Source of the DNA: Tubiluchus corallicola
Lineage: Eukaryota > Animalia > Priapulida
Length of the DNA: 64,000 bases
Direction: 5' to 3'
Assembly: GCA_030141605.1 (NCBI GenBank)
Contig: JAQGDQ010000553.1
Location: 62,001-126,000, forward strand
The translations under genes were made by a program, and so were the position numbers. Positions within the stretch are counted from its first letter, which is position 1. The number at the start of each line of letters is the position of its first letter. The notes beneath the pieces are model-generated. The model was not told the origin of the DNA. It saw only the letters and a program-made list of their open reading frames with translations, and ran no database searches. This document shows positions 1 through 11,019 of the stretch, one piece after another.

Positions 1-1583
1 GTGCTGGCTTGTGATGGATTTTGGGACACAGTTTCGCCCTCAGCTGCTGTGGATATTGTAAGGTAAAACAGCATCTCATTTTTGGCATTTTTATTAATCT
101 AAATTTGTATTGACTTTAAAGTGCAGGCACTTGGGCCCCGTGACTAATGCCTAATTGACTCTTTCAAATCTTGTTGGTAGCTAAACCGGGACTATAGACT
201 CTTCAAACATTTACGATGAGTACCAATTCAGCAAGGACATAGCTTCTGTTCGAGTAAATGGCTTCGTTGTGTCATCGTTTTAGTTTTGAAAAAACGTGTC
301 TATCAAAAATCCTGAAAAATGTCTCTGAGTTGGAAAGCAGTTCTGGGGTTGGAGACCTAGAGGAGATGCAAATTTTTTTTAGATTTTGCAATTTAGTATT
401 TGCTTTTGTGTGGTTATAATCAGTGGTCTCGGACTGTGTCTTGGTACGGCTAGCTTAGAATGTGAGTACGGTAGCTTATAATGTGAATTTCTAAGTCTAA
501 AAAATCAGAGTACCTCTATGGTGTAATGAATAGCAACAATGGATATGACTGGAAAGCAGAAGGTCTTGTGTTCAAGACCAGTGAAGCTATGGACAATAGA
601 AGTTAAGCAGCAGAAGAAAATTGACGCTTTTCAAAGACGTCTCTACAGAAAATTGCTTGCAGTCAAATGGCCTGACAGAAAATCCAATGATGATATATAT
701 AATGTGTTCAAGAAGAATCCTTGGAGTAAACAAATACAAGTAAAAGGATTGCATTGGACTGGTCATACACCAAGATTACCTCAAGAGTCTCCTCTTCCTA
801 TAGCATTGCGTAAAGCTCTTGGAACATCAAAAAAGCCAAGAGGAGGTCAGCTAATGACGTATATAGATATACTGCAAAGAGATTTAGCAAATACAACTCT
901 TGATTTGAGGAATGATCCATCATGGGTGGTGGTAGCGGACAGGAATGCATGGCATCAACAGTGGGACATGCCATGTTTTTTTAGAACATAGCAGCAATGA
1001 AACGACGGAGCAGCAAAACTTTTTCAGATTTTATAATTTAGTATTGCTTTTGTGCGTTTACATGATTGATTGCAATGGCGTGAATTGAATAATGCAAAAT
1101 AATCAGTATTGCTATTAAATAGGCTTAGGACAAAAAATGAATTTAAGAAGTTGCTACTGCACTGTACACAATCAAATTAAAGAAAAATGAAACTATAATT
1201 ACTAGTTAATGAAATTCAAGAAAAAACCTGCATTATAATTAGGAGACACCACAAACACAGAATGTAAGAAATCAATGTAACCACATAATTTGAGTACTGT
1301 ATAAACATTCATGATTTTCAGTGAGTATCTTGCTGCTTCGAACAACAACAAATCATCAGTTGCCGAGAAATTAGTGGAAGCTGCTAAAGAAGCTGGATCC
1401 GACGACAACATCACCGTCATCGTAGTGTTTTTTCCTCCGCAGTTGCCGGAAGCTACTGACCGGCAGTCGAGACACAGCATAAAATCAAAAGGATTATCTG
1501 CAGTCGGAATCTCAATAGGCGGAGAGAAAAAGAAGTCGCCAGCATTGTTGAGTTCTTCACCGATACCATGTAAACAGCAATAA
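1..1583 (+). CDS. PP2C/PPM-family Ser/Thr phosphatase, PPM1E/PPM1F (CaMKP/POPX)-like; 3' part only, exons <1..62 and 1322..1583
   Basis: The exon at 1..62 reads VLACDGFWDTVSPSAAVDIV (DG metal-binding motif). Donor GT at 63 and acceptor TTTTCAG ending at 1321 give a phase-2 join (AG+T=Ser). The last exon reads EYLAASNNNKSSVAEKLVEAAKEAGSDDNITVIVVFF (GSxDNITV motif), with stop TAA at 1581-1583. It resembles the vertebrate PPM1E C-terminal catalytic region as I recall it. Confidence 0.9.
539..991 (+). mobile_element. Non-LTR retrotransposon (RTE/RTEX-like LINE) fragment, C-terminal part of the RT ORF, inside a PPM1 intron
   Basis: ORF reads WTIEVKQQKKIDAFQRRLYRKLLAVKWPDRKSNDDIY...LHWTGH.PRLP...KPRGG..TYID.LQRDL...DRNAW, the typical post-RT region of RTE-clade LINEs. 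It is 5'-truncated. Confidence 0.8.
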
Positions 1584-2467
1584 ATACGAGTAGAAAATCC
1601 AAGATAAACTGTAGGATACTCAAAAATTTAAGCAATATTACCTTATAAATACGGGTACAAATTATAAACAAAGTTTTCGTTACAAGGAAACAAGGCCCTT
1701 CTAGAACTTTCTGGAAGTGACAACGCAAGCAAATAAAAAATGAAAGAATAAAATCCTGGGGTTTGTTTCTTGGTATGCAGTGAGGCCTGTCGTGTTGAGT
1801 TGACCAGCACTAATACCTTTCGATGCTTTTGAGAATTGCACATGTGAAAAACGGGTACTTTTTAGTGGATAATGTCAACCCAGTAATTAACGTAATATCC
1901 AAGTCATTTCAACGTCAAAAAATATAAAAATTGTTAAACATTGAGGGAAAACTGTCTGTCACAGGCTGAAAATTATGATACCAGTGTACCATATATTAAC
2001 ATTAGGTTCTGTAACATCTATCTCCTACTTATAATGTGCAAAACAGCTTGCTTGTGATAAATATTGGAATGTTTACATAAATGTGCAGATAGTGCAGATA
2101 TTATGGACACATTCTACCTGTATACATATGTCTGTACTATAGTTATATTTCATAATTATTTTTATGAGACTTGAGTAAATTGTACTAAAACTTGTGAGTA
2201 CGGGATACAGGTCACATTCTTAGTTTGAATTTTGTCATGGTAATGAAATGTTCACAAGTGGTTGCTCGCCTATGCTTAGTTATTAATTACATGTGTGATT
2301 AAGCAGCGCTTATGTTAGCACGCCAATTAAGAAAAATTTAATAGAAATTGATAGTTTTAAGATGCTGTGTGCAGGCATTTTATCATACTTGCCGATGGCA
2401 GTGTGGTGAAATTTTGGTGCTAGTACACATGTTGCTGTATTTGGAACATTAAGTTAAAAATTATTTG

Positions 2468-2557
2468 TCACCTGTTAGTGCTGTAGTGAATAGTACTTTC
2501 TTTGTTTTATATATATATATATAACAAAGTACTATTCACTACAGCACTAACAGGTGA
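2468..2557. repeat. Perfect 32-bp inverted repeat around a (TA)n-containing core, in the presumed PPM1 3' UTR
   Basis: TCACCTGTTAGTGCTGTAGTGAATAGTACTTT (2468-2499) is the exact reverse complement of 2526-2557. Confidence 0.95.
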
Positions 2558-3297
2558 TCATGACATTTTTAAGAGGGAAGAAAGGGGAATTTTAAAGTAT
2601 AGACCAAAAAATTTCCATACAAATTTATATTAGTTAGTATGTACACCTCTACCTCTTTGAAAGACTTACATGATTGGAAAAGAAAATTCTTAACAATTTA
2701 AAAATGGTAAAACATCACTGTTTCGCCATCCCAGAGTACACCACTGGCTCACAAAAAACACATTATTGATCTTATTGGCAATATATAGTAATTTATACTT
2801 TTGTTTACTTAGCAAAGAGTGTTCTGATTATTATTTCAAAATGTATGCGATGTTATTTAAACTTGTCTCAAGGGGTTTACCCTTAACATGGTTGTGCCAG
2901 GAGTTTAAATTTCCAAGTTTTATATAATGTTACTGCTAACAGAAGCTCTGTGTGCAATAAAACAGCATATATAAGTGAAACAAAATGTCAAGACGAATTT
3001 TTAAGCTTTATTGATAAACAGTGTTTCCCGTGGTTTAATCATAATTATCACTCATATTGTGTCAAACTGCTAAGCAATATTTCTTAATAACTGATGTCTT
3101 TCAATAAAGAATCATTTTTCCAAATTCATCCGACTTACAGCCCAATTTTACTGTGGACAATGTGTATTCATAATCATTGATAAATGTTATTCTCCTATAG
3201 TAATTATAAGTCTTAATTTAAGCCAGTCAAAGACTAGTGCGAGTAGCCTTTGTCTTAAACCAGTAGTCACTTCCAACTGATGCTATAGTTTTAATTA

Positions 3298-3376
3298 ATC
3301 AATATAAACAATTTTTATTATTTCTGTGATGTACAGCATCAATATAAACAATTTTTATTATTTCTGTGATGTACAG
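3298..3376. repeat. 40-bp tandem duplication
   Basis: ATCAATATAAACAATTTTTATTATTTCTGTGATGTACAG occurs twice. Each copy has AATAAA on the minus strand, a candidate poly(A) signal for the F-box gene. Confidence 0.9.
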
Positions 3377-3769
3377 TTACAGATCGAAGAATGAAGAATA
3401 TTTTGGAACATCCACTGTTCAATAATTGCACTTGTATATCAAAATTTCGCAGCTGAATCATTTGATTTATTTAATCCAAGTTATGTTAGTTAAAAGCATT
3501 ATTACAAAATTAAGAAAAACATGGAATAGTACATCCTACACCAAAAATATCAGGTTCATTTTCTCAAGTTTGCCGATAATAGGCAGGTACCATAACTCTG
3601 TTTGTAGTAACAATGATGCTGCTGACAAAAACGAATGCTGCCATCTCATATCATTAGGCGGCTACACTTATCAAAACGTGTTTCATTTCCAGGCTTTGGA
3701 TTGCCTGCTCTGAGTTGCAAAAAGTCCACACTCGCTGTATTACTAGTCTTTTGACTACAGTTTCATGGT

Positions 3770-4705
3770 CTAGAGACGTTGATACCTTGATTTGTGATAC
3801 ATCCGATAGATGTCAGCAGATTCTGGAACAATACAGGAACAGTTAGGGGTATGAAGTGCTATAGGTTCAATACACGTTTGTGAAGGCTTTAAACACGGCA
3901 GATGATTCCTTCTAAACTCATCTGGTATTTTTAGTTCAGGATACAGGTTGTTACCATCTCCTAAAAAGCGCACGTGTAATGTCAACAGATGGAGATGTAT
4001 ACTTTTTAGATATTTACAATGTTCTGTGCACTGATCATTCAGTTGCTTGACACCTTCGGGTACCTCAAGATGTTTAATTAAACTCTGCCGCGGCCAAAAT
4101 AAGTAAAACGCTGTTAACCTGGGTAAACTATACAACAGCTCATTCAAACTTGGAAAGCATTTGCAGCTAGTGGATTGAAAATGCAAATTCAACTCCTGTA
4201 AATGTTTCAATTTCCTCAGTTGAGAGCAGTCCTCCTGGTCTATCTCAAAAATGCCCATCAGGTGAAGAACCCTCAACTGCAAAAGAGTTTGTAAACCTGG
4301 CCAATTCAAGGTTGGTGCACTACATCTACGTCCAAGACAGAAAGATCGAAAAACAAGCACTACGAGCGTGTCACCAAGCAAAGGAACGATCGACGAAAAG
4401 CGAAGATTTCCTGCATATAAGGTCTTCAAATTATCCACACAAGTTTTCAGCTTCTGAATATCATTTGCACGAACTGCTACATTGTCCAATATAAGGTGTC
4501 GTGGATTTCGTTTGGCTAATATCTCGAATGACTTCTTGCCTAAGTGCTCAAGTCTTTTCACTTGTAGAATCCTGTTGCGCCAGTTTCGTGGACTGTTTAC
4601 AATATTCATCATCTTCCTGCATGCCTTACCCAATTGCAATAAATTATAAGTGTCCAGATAACTGCAAATGTGTAGCTGGAGATCTTCAGGCAATTGGAGT
4701 AACAT
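3770..4705 (-). CDS. F-box protein with LRR-like C-terminus (FBXL-like), single coding exon, ~311 aa
   Basis: The N-terminal F-box reads LLQLPEDLQLHICSYLDTYNLLQLGKACRKMMNIV...W. It is followed by LxxLxL repeats (LKTLYA, LRVLHL, LKHLQELNL, LPRLTAFYL, LKSIHL). The likely start is ATG 4705, after a 3' splice site (TCATTTGCAG, AG at 4729-4728). The longer ORF start at 4825 lies inside a transposon. Confidence 0.8.
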   Translation of the reverse strand: MLLQLPEDLQLHICSYLDTYNLLQLGKACRKMMNIVNSPRNWRNRILQVKRLEHLGKKSFEILAKRNPRHLILDNVAVRANDIQKLKTCVDNLKTLYAGNLRFSSIVPLLGDTLVVLVFRSFCLGRRCSAPTLNWPGLQTLLQLRVLHLMGIFEIDQEDCSQLRKLKHLQELNLHFQSTSCKCFPSLNELLYSLPRLTAFYLFWPRQSLIKHLEVPEGVKQLNDQCTEHCKYLKSIHLHLLTLHVRFLGDGNNLYPELKIPDEFRRNHLPCLKPSQTCIEPIALHTPNCSCIVPESADIYRMYHKSRYQRL

Positions 4706-4790
4706 ATCAAGTTCTTCTCTTTTCCACCTGCAAATGAGCACTCCACTGTACCACATAGTTTTCTGACCTGTGTGACTATATGACAGGTAA

Positions 4791-5366
4791 AGGAAAACAG
4801 GATGATTTTTCATATCCCTCCCCATTTTGAATTACGCTGAAATGTATACATTTTAAGACCTATAAGAATGCCAAGGCATTTCTGATAATTAAACAATAAG
4901 TTAAAAACTTAAATAACGGGCGACCCCAACAAGTGATGAGATCACAACTGAACATAATTTTCAACAGCACGAACATTCCATGAGTGTTACACATGTTTGC
5001 GAAAGCTGAAGTTGAGGTACAATGCTACTGCACAACAGTCGTGATACACAATAGCTTAAAAAAAATTTCATTTAAAGTTCAAATTTCAAGTTTACCGCTG
5101 TACTCACGTATGATCTTTGGAAAGCGTGCATTATGTCACAACTGAACACTTCTGTACGGAAAGGTACAGCAGCTGTTTTTGTGTGCATGCGCTGCATTCC
5201 CGAAATGCAGGCGCTAGTGCTCATCTAGCTGGTGGACTGGCGAAATGCTTATAACACAAGTCATTCTTTCACATACGTCATTCTTGAAAAAGTAGTATGT
5301 CCCATTTCAATACTTTACAGAGTAGATTGTTTTGAGCTATAGTTTAAGATTGGGTCCAGTTTTTCT
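4791..5366. mobile_element. Non-autonomous DNA transposon (Kolobok-like MITE, TTAA target), copy 1
   Basis: Ends read (G)TAA-AGGAAAACAGGAT and GTCCAGTTTTTCT-TTAA. It is colinear along its length with the copy at 55721-56274. Confidence 0.8.
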
Positions 5367-5455
5367 TTAAAAAGCATGCTTAATGATAATGTAGCTGCGA
5401 TGTTCTTTTATACTTTTATAGTTGTGAATATTGATTTTTTATGGCAAATAAAGAT

Positions 5456-5458
<3 letters not shown>

Positions 5459-5499
<41 letters not shown>
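5459..5499. repeat. (TA)n microsatellite
   Basis: About 20 TA units. Confidence 0.95.
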
Positions 5500-5502
<3 letters not shown>

Positions 5503-5683
5503 TTGATGTGTGCAAGTAGTGCAGCTGTCTAATCTCAGTTTGTCAAAAAGCAAAAAATTATTTAAACATTACCGAGCACACTGTAATGTATTTTTGGTGT
5601 GTCACAGCATATATTCAATAAATCAACAAATTTCATGGAATGAAATCGATGTCACTTAATTTTGTTCTAGATTATGGCAAACC

Positions 5684-6094
5684 CTGTAGCGGATAGCCCT
5701 ATAGGCTGAATAGGCTGAAGCCTAAGGCCCGGGATCAAAAGGGGCCCGGCAAAATAAGATATAGAAAAAAGTTTTTTTTCAAAAGTCAGTCACTATATTT
5801 CAAATCGGGTTTACACAAATCAAGTTTACACAATTCACGTTTACACAGTTTAAGTTTAAGTTCAAAATTTCAGTTTCCGAATTTTTCTGGGGGCAAAGTC
5901 AGTTATAATTTCTGAAAAGTCCATTTTTTTCAACATATCTGACTCAATATGCATCAGTGATAAATTGTTTAATTTGTCATCCTTTACAAACGACGAGAGC
6001 TCCACAAAAACACGTCAGCTCAGCAGTGTAGCAACATTTAAAAGGCCCGTTCCAAGCTCAAGCCTAAGGCCCATAAAATCATAATCCGCCGCTG
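5684..6094. mobile_element. hAT-superfamily MITE
   Basis: Perfect 8-bp TSD GGCAAACC (5676-5683 and 6095-6102). Imperfect TIRs CTGTAGCGGAT / ATCCGCCGCTG. Subterminal AAGCCTAAGGCCC repeats. Confidence 0.85.
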
Positions 6095-6263
6095 GGCAAA
6101 CCAGATAAAACGATTTTAGAAGTAATTACTGTCTCTTCATGGGCTCGAATCCCACTGGAAGACGATCTCACGACTCCTTTACACTAGTTCTAGTCTTTGC
6201 GTAACATCAGTAACATTTGAAGATGTGACAAATATTCAAGCACACCAAGGCACTTGCTGTGTC

Positions 6264-6330
6264 TAGAATTAGATTTTCTGCATTCTACTTTTGATAGAAT
6301 TAGATTTTCTACATTCTGCTTTTGATAGAA
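6264..6330. repeat. 31-bp tandem duplication
   Basis: TAGAATTAGATTTTCT(G/A)CATTCT(A/G)CTTTTGA occurs twice. Confidence 0.85.
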
Positions 6331-6450
6331 GATCATCTGCTTTTGGTGACCTTTTTCTTTGAAATGACTGTATGAATAACATGCCATATAACCTCAGAAA
6401 TTCTACAGTATGGTTGTATGAGTATCTGTTCAATATTCAATGCTAAGAGC

Positions 6451-6841
6451 CAGGGGCATAATAACCAATAGCTAACTAAGCTATAGCCTAGGGCGCCAAA
6501 GTTTGAGGGGTTTCATGTTTTAGGAAAAAATTTCTTATTCTCCTCTAAAAATGGGTATACTTTCATATTCATGCAAAGAGCACATTTTATAACACACCAC
6601 AAGCAATTACCGAGAGTAGCTTTTATATAAGTGCCACATAGCAAATAGGTTCAAGGTATTACACAACAAGCATTTACACAGCCTAATTGAATATAAGCGC
6701 TTTACACAGCCTAATTGAATATAAGCGCTATGCAAATACATATGATTATAATGACCACGTAGCAACCAGGTTAACAGTGTTTCTAATACACCACAAAAAA
6801 ACTCTCAGCCTAGAGCATCATAAAGTTTTGATACGCTCCTG
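6451..6841. mobile_element. hAT-superfamily MITE with an internal 28-bp tandem duplication
   Basis: 8-bp TSD CTAAGAGC/GTAAGAGC. TIRs CAGGGGCATA / TACGCTCCTG. TTTACACAGCCTAATTGAATATAAGCGC is repeated at 6673-6728. Confidence 0.75.
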
Positions 6842-9800
6842 GTAAGAGCAAGTATGAAATCTGTTAAATATGTAAAATGAGACCATACATTTTTGGGGGG
6901 AAATATTGTTCCTATACACAAAAAATTCTTTTACAAAACACTATACTAAAATATATTACTACACTACCATTTCCAGTTACGCTAACACTGTTACTATGTC
7001 AACTAATAATAGGTATCATTAAATGGCTACAATTTCTGGATTTAGTATACATGCAAATTTTACAAAAAACTAACCAGATTCATATTGACTGAGAAATTTA
7101 TAATAACATTGTTCATATGTAAACAAAACAATAACAAAAATGTTATATTGTATCCAAATAACCATTTTGATTTTTATTAGCAATATAAAAGTAACATGCT
7201 TACCAAAAAAAACCAATGTAAATAGTACTTACTGCTTATTTATGACACCACCAAACAATTTTATGTATTTCAGCCAAAATTTAAATACATGTTGCAACAA
7301 ATCCTAATTCATGAATACAAAATTATTCAAGCCAATGCTTACGCAGTTACTAATAGCCAGATTGTGGGCCTGCTTCATTTGAAGGTGTTTACTAGTTCAT
7401 CTCTAAAAAATTGCAATTACTCTAGCATTATTTGTCATCAAAGTTACAAAGTGAACAACAGAAAAGAATAAAGTCTTAAACAATGACTGCTGACAATTCT
7501 AAACTGTGAAACAACTCAAAACTGAAAAAACACACTAAACAAAACCTCAATTAAAAAAAACTTTTTGAGATGAAGTGTCTTGAAAAATCAAAGCAAAGTA
7601 CATTCAAAAAACATAAAAACACAACATAAGTCAAAGTAGACCCAGATTCACCAATAATGCTACAAAAAACTAACTTTTTAACAAGCTATTTGCAGGTTGT
7701 CTTACGAAATGTGAGTACTAAATTTATTATAATTTCAACTCGCGGAAATAAGACTTTAATAATCAGATACAAAAAACTACTCTTTCATAATATAATAAAC
7801 TTCTTTCACTGTACTAATGCCTGTAAATCAATTAAAGTACACATAACTGTAGTTACACAGAAAAAAAAACTACTTACACAAATGCTTCCACTCGAAAACT
7901 TGTAAATAATCACATTCCATATTGCAACTTCCAGAAACCAATATCATATTAAAATTAAAATGAATCATCTCAACTAGGAACATTGTAGACTAACACCTAG
8001 GTGACTACTGACTAGTTTTCTTCTATGTTGGTCAAGAATGATTCAAATTAGTCCTGAATGTCTGGTGTCCATTTGCACTAAGACATTTTTCAGAAATGCT
8101 ATCAAAATAAGTCAATGTTGAATTCAAACTCTGTTAAAATTAACACTTATTAGACTTTTTATGGACTGCCAAGTACAAATTAAAGGTAACAAAAAATTCT
8201 AAAGTTACTCAAGGAGATAGCAATGTCACATATCATCAGTACTTAACAAAAATTCAAGATCAGATACTGACCAGGTTAATTTCACATTAGTGAAAAAGCA
8301 GATGCTGTGCATGCACATAATGAAATAAGACTAGATATACATAAACTAATTCTAATAGACTTTACTTAACCATTACAACATAAGCTTTACATAGCCATTA
8401 AAGTCTGTAAGAACATTTGCAAAGTTCTATTTTTGCAAATCACCTTGCAAGATGAACATTAAAAAAATTTAGTAATCAGGCTACTTTTATCACAATACCG
8501 TATTCTGTATATGAGTGTGCACATTTCCCATTTATACTACGTACCGAGCAGGCAGCTGATTAGTTCATTGTATAAAACGTAAAATCATTACCTAATACTC
8601 GATGCAAATGCGGTAAAATCTGTCTACAATAACTTGTCTGACAAAGATTAAACATGCTTAGGTTTCTGTTTCAGACACACCCATCTTGTGCCCATGTGCA
8701 AGCTCAGTACGACAATTTAAATTAAACAAAATTAGACCAGACCAACACTAAGCAATCACTTTGTCACCTGTTAGCTAGTAAATGTTTACTGAGGTTATCT
8801 ATGCAAAAGTTGCTTCGTACAAAATCGGTGTGTACATACGAGTTTCGTGAAACGGTTTGCATCAGACGACTTCTTATAGACAGATTCTTTAACATATGCA
8901 ATTAGCGTAACTTACAAGTCTAACCAAAATCTTAATAACCTGAGCAATAGGAACATGAACTTACAACACTCTAAAAAAATAAAAATAATCTTTTTAAAAT
9001 TTTAGTTTAGCTTCCAGTTGTGGATGGCAGTGCAGATGCTGCAAACAATTTGGTAAGGCACACAGAGTTTAGTAATGGATCACATAAGAGCTGAATAGGT
9101 CCATCAGCACACCTCTACAGTGCCCTTCATTTTAAGAAAGAAAAAGCAATGCAATTCTTTTAGAGTTTCAATCAGAGGGCTGTTTTGGTAACTATGTAAC
9201 AATTTACCATTTAACATCATTTCCTCATATTGTCAGTGAAATGCCAATAATAGAGAGTTTCTGTTACAATCACAGAATTTTTTGTTATTTTGGGAGTGGA
9301 ATTGACGTCATTCTATAGTCACGATGATCATAGACTAGAATCACCTGTACTCTAGAGCACGTTTTACATTCACAAGCTGATTGTAGATCTTTTACAGTTA
9401 GTTTGGATAAGTGTCAATAGTTTCTGTGTGATTTTTGGCAAAATAACACTTTAGTTTGTATCTGTGTGTTTTGTTTCATCATGTGATGCTTACAGGATTT
9501 AAAGCTTTCATTTTTTTTATAGCTCAAAAATTTGTTAGGGGAGTAAGGAGTTGCAGCGAAACATACTGGGCACATGATGCTGACTGCAGTTGTAGTGAAG
9601 TCATTTCAGAACCAGAATTTTTCGCCATCTGACTGTAGTGGAAATTCTCTGATATCATTAAAATTAATTATGTTACAAAGGTTTTAAATCTGGATGCAAC
9701 AAAAGCAAGTCTATAATAGTATTATAAACTATTGCTGATTTCATAGTTTTCTACCCTATAACCTTCAAATACTCATCAGATGAAGCTTTGCCATTCAACA

Positions 9801-9893
9801 ATTAGTTTGTAATGCCACAACAAGCAAATGCCGAAAAGTACCATCTTATTTTATACACGTAATTTACCACAATTTACAGAAAATTTTTTTTGG

Positions 9894-10631
9894 TCATTGT
9901 TCGCCTCCTGCATCATCTTGTAACCTCTGTCCCTGGCCCCATGCGAAACCACCCGGCCGATCCTCTGGTAAAGGCTGATAATTTGGGTCCTCTACGGGAC
10001 CGTCGAAAATTGACTTCAGAAAATTTGGTGTTTGAAGTATATGAAATCCACCAGGTTGATTTGGAAACACGTCCTCTAGGAAATAATATATGTGTCCGAC
10101 AGCTATGCCAATTAAGTCGACTACCAACGAGTTACCTAGCAACAGGCTAAAACCTAGCAACACCCAAGGCAAGTATGGTGCCTGGAAATTCATCAACCCG
10201 AAGAAGTTCATTCTGACGTATGGGTTTCTACGGCTCCACACGTAAACAAGCATAATAGTAAATGCTTGACCCAAGAAAACCAAATTCACAAATAACGCTA
10301 TAAGAGTCATCACAGTACCGCCAAACACGAACATCATGAAAAAGTCCGCTGTGCGGCCACGGAATGAACCCTCTTCCAACATTCGACAGTATCGATACGT
10401 AAATATCATGTTGAAGAGAAAGTTGAAGCCAATTGGACCGAAGAACACAAAGTTTGTAACGAGCCGCCATAACTGAAAACTGCGAAAAATCAGATCAGGA
10501 TTGAAGTATAGCTGAAACGGCGTGATTATGTCTAACTGGACAGCAACTGTTGTCAAAACAGAAGCAGTTGTGTAGGCCCGCGTGATTGGTGGCATATTAA
10601 GATATTCTTGTTGGAACGTCTGGTATGCCAT
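9894..10631 (-). CDS. DERL2: Derlin-2 (ERAD rhomboid-like pseudoprotease), 245 aa, intronless CDS
   Basis: [28 protein letters not shown]..., QLWRLVTNF (WR motif), [50 protein letters not shown] (GxxxG), and the C-terminal [16 protein letters not shown] (SHP box, p97 binding). This is clearly a Derlin-2/3 type sequence. Confidence 0.97.
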   Translation of the reverse strand: MAYQTFQQEYLNMPPITRAYTTASVLTTVAVQLDIITPFQLYFNPDLIFRSFQLWRLVTNFVFFGPIGFNFLFNMIFTYRYCRMLEEGSFRGRTADFFMMFVFGGTVMTLIALFVNLVFLGQAFTIMLVYVWSRRNPYVRMNFFGLMNFQAPYLPWVLLGFSLLLGNSLVVDLIGIAVGHIYYFLEDVFPNQPGGFHILQTPNFLKSIFDGPVEDPNYQPLPEDRPGGFAWGQGQRLQDDAGGEQ

Positions 10632-10921
10632 TGTTAGTCTGTCAGCAGCACTTTCACTATTTATATATGAATAACAAAAGTCTCAAATAACTTTTAACAC
10701 TTTCATTAAGAGCACCACAAATTATTCATCATCACTGTTGTTGTTCTCATTTCCAAATAAGCTGACATCAAGATATAGGCTATTAGTGTGAGATTTAGCA
10801 GTGATCAGGGCTTTGTTAATATCGCTCTATACCTTAATAATAAAAGTAATATATGAGAATATAATAAAAACAAAAGCTATTAAGTTTAGTTGAAAAGCTA
10901 GCATCTCCTTAATGTTATATT

Positions 10922-11019
10922 GGAAAGAGTTTACAATTCCCCACACAATTTAACTGCCCTAACGCTAACCCTAATCTGCTTCACGAACTAATGTGTGTGG
11001 AAAAATGTAAACTTTAGCC
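10922..11019. mobile_element. Short interspersed element with internal telomeric-type (CCCTAA)n, copy 1
   Basis: GGAAAGAGTTTACAATTCCCCA...CCCTAACGCTAACCCTAA...TGTAAACTTTAGCC. It is the reverse-orientation homologue of 23107-23255. Confidence 0.65.

Noticed and set aside
4706-4825. ATG 4825 as the F-box start codon
   Set aside because: It lies inside a MITE also found at 55.7 kb. A splice acceptor and an ATG sit right before the F-box.
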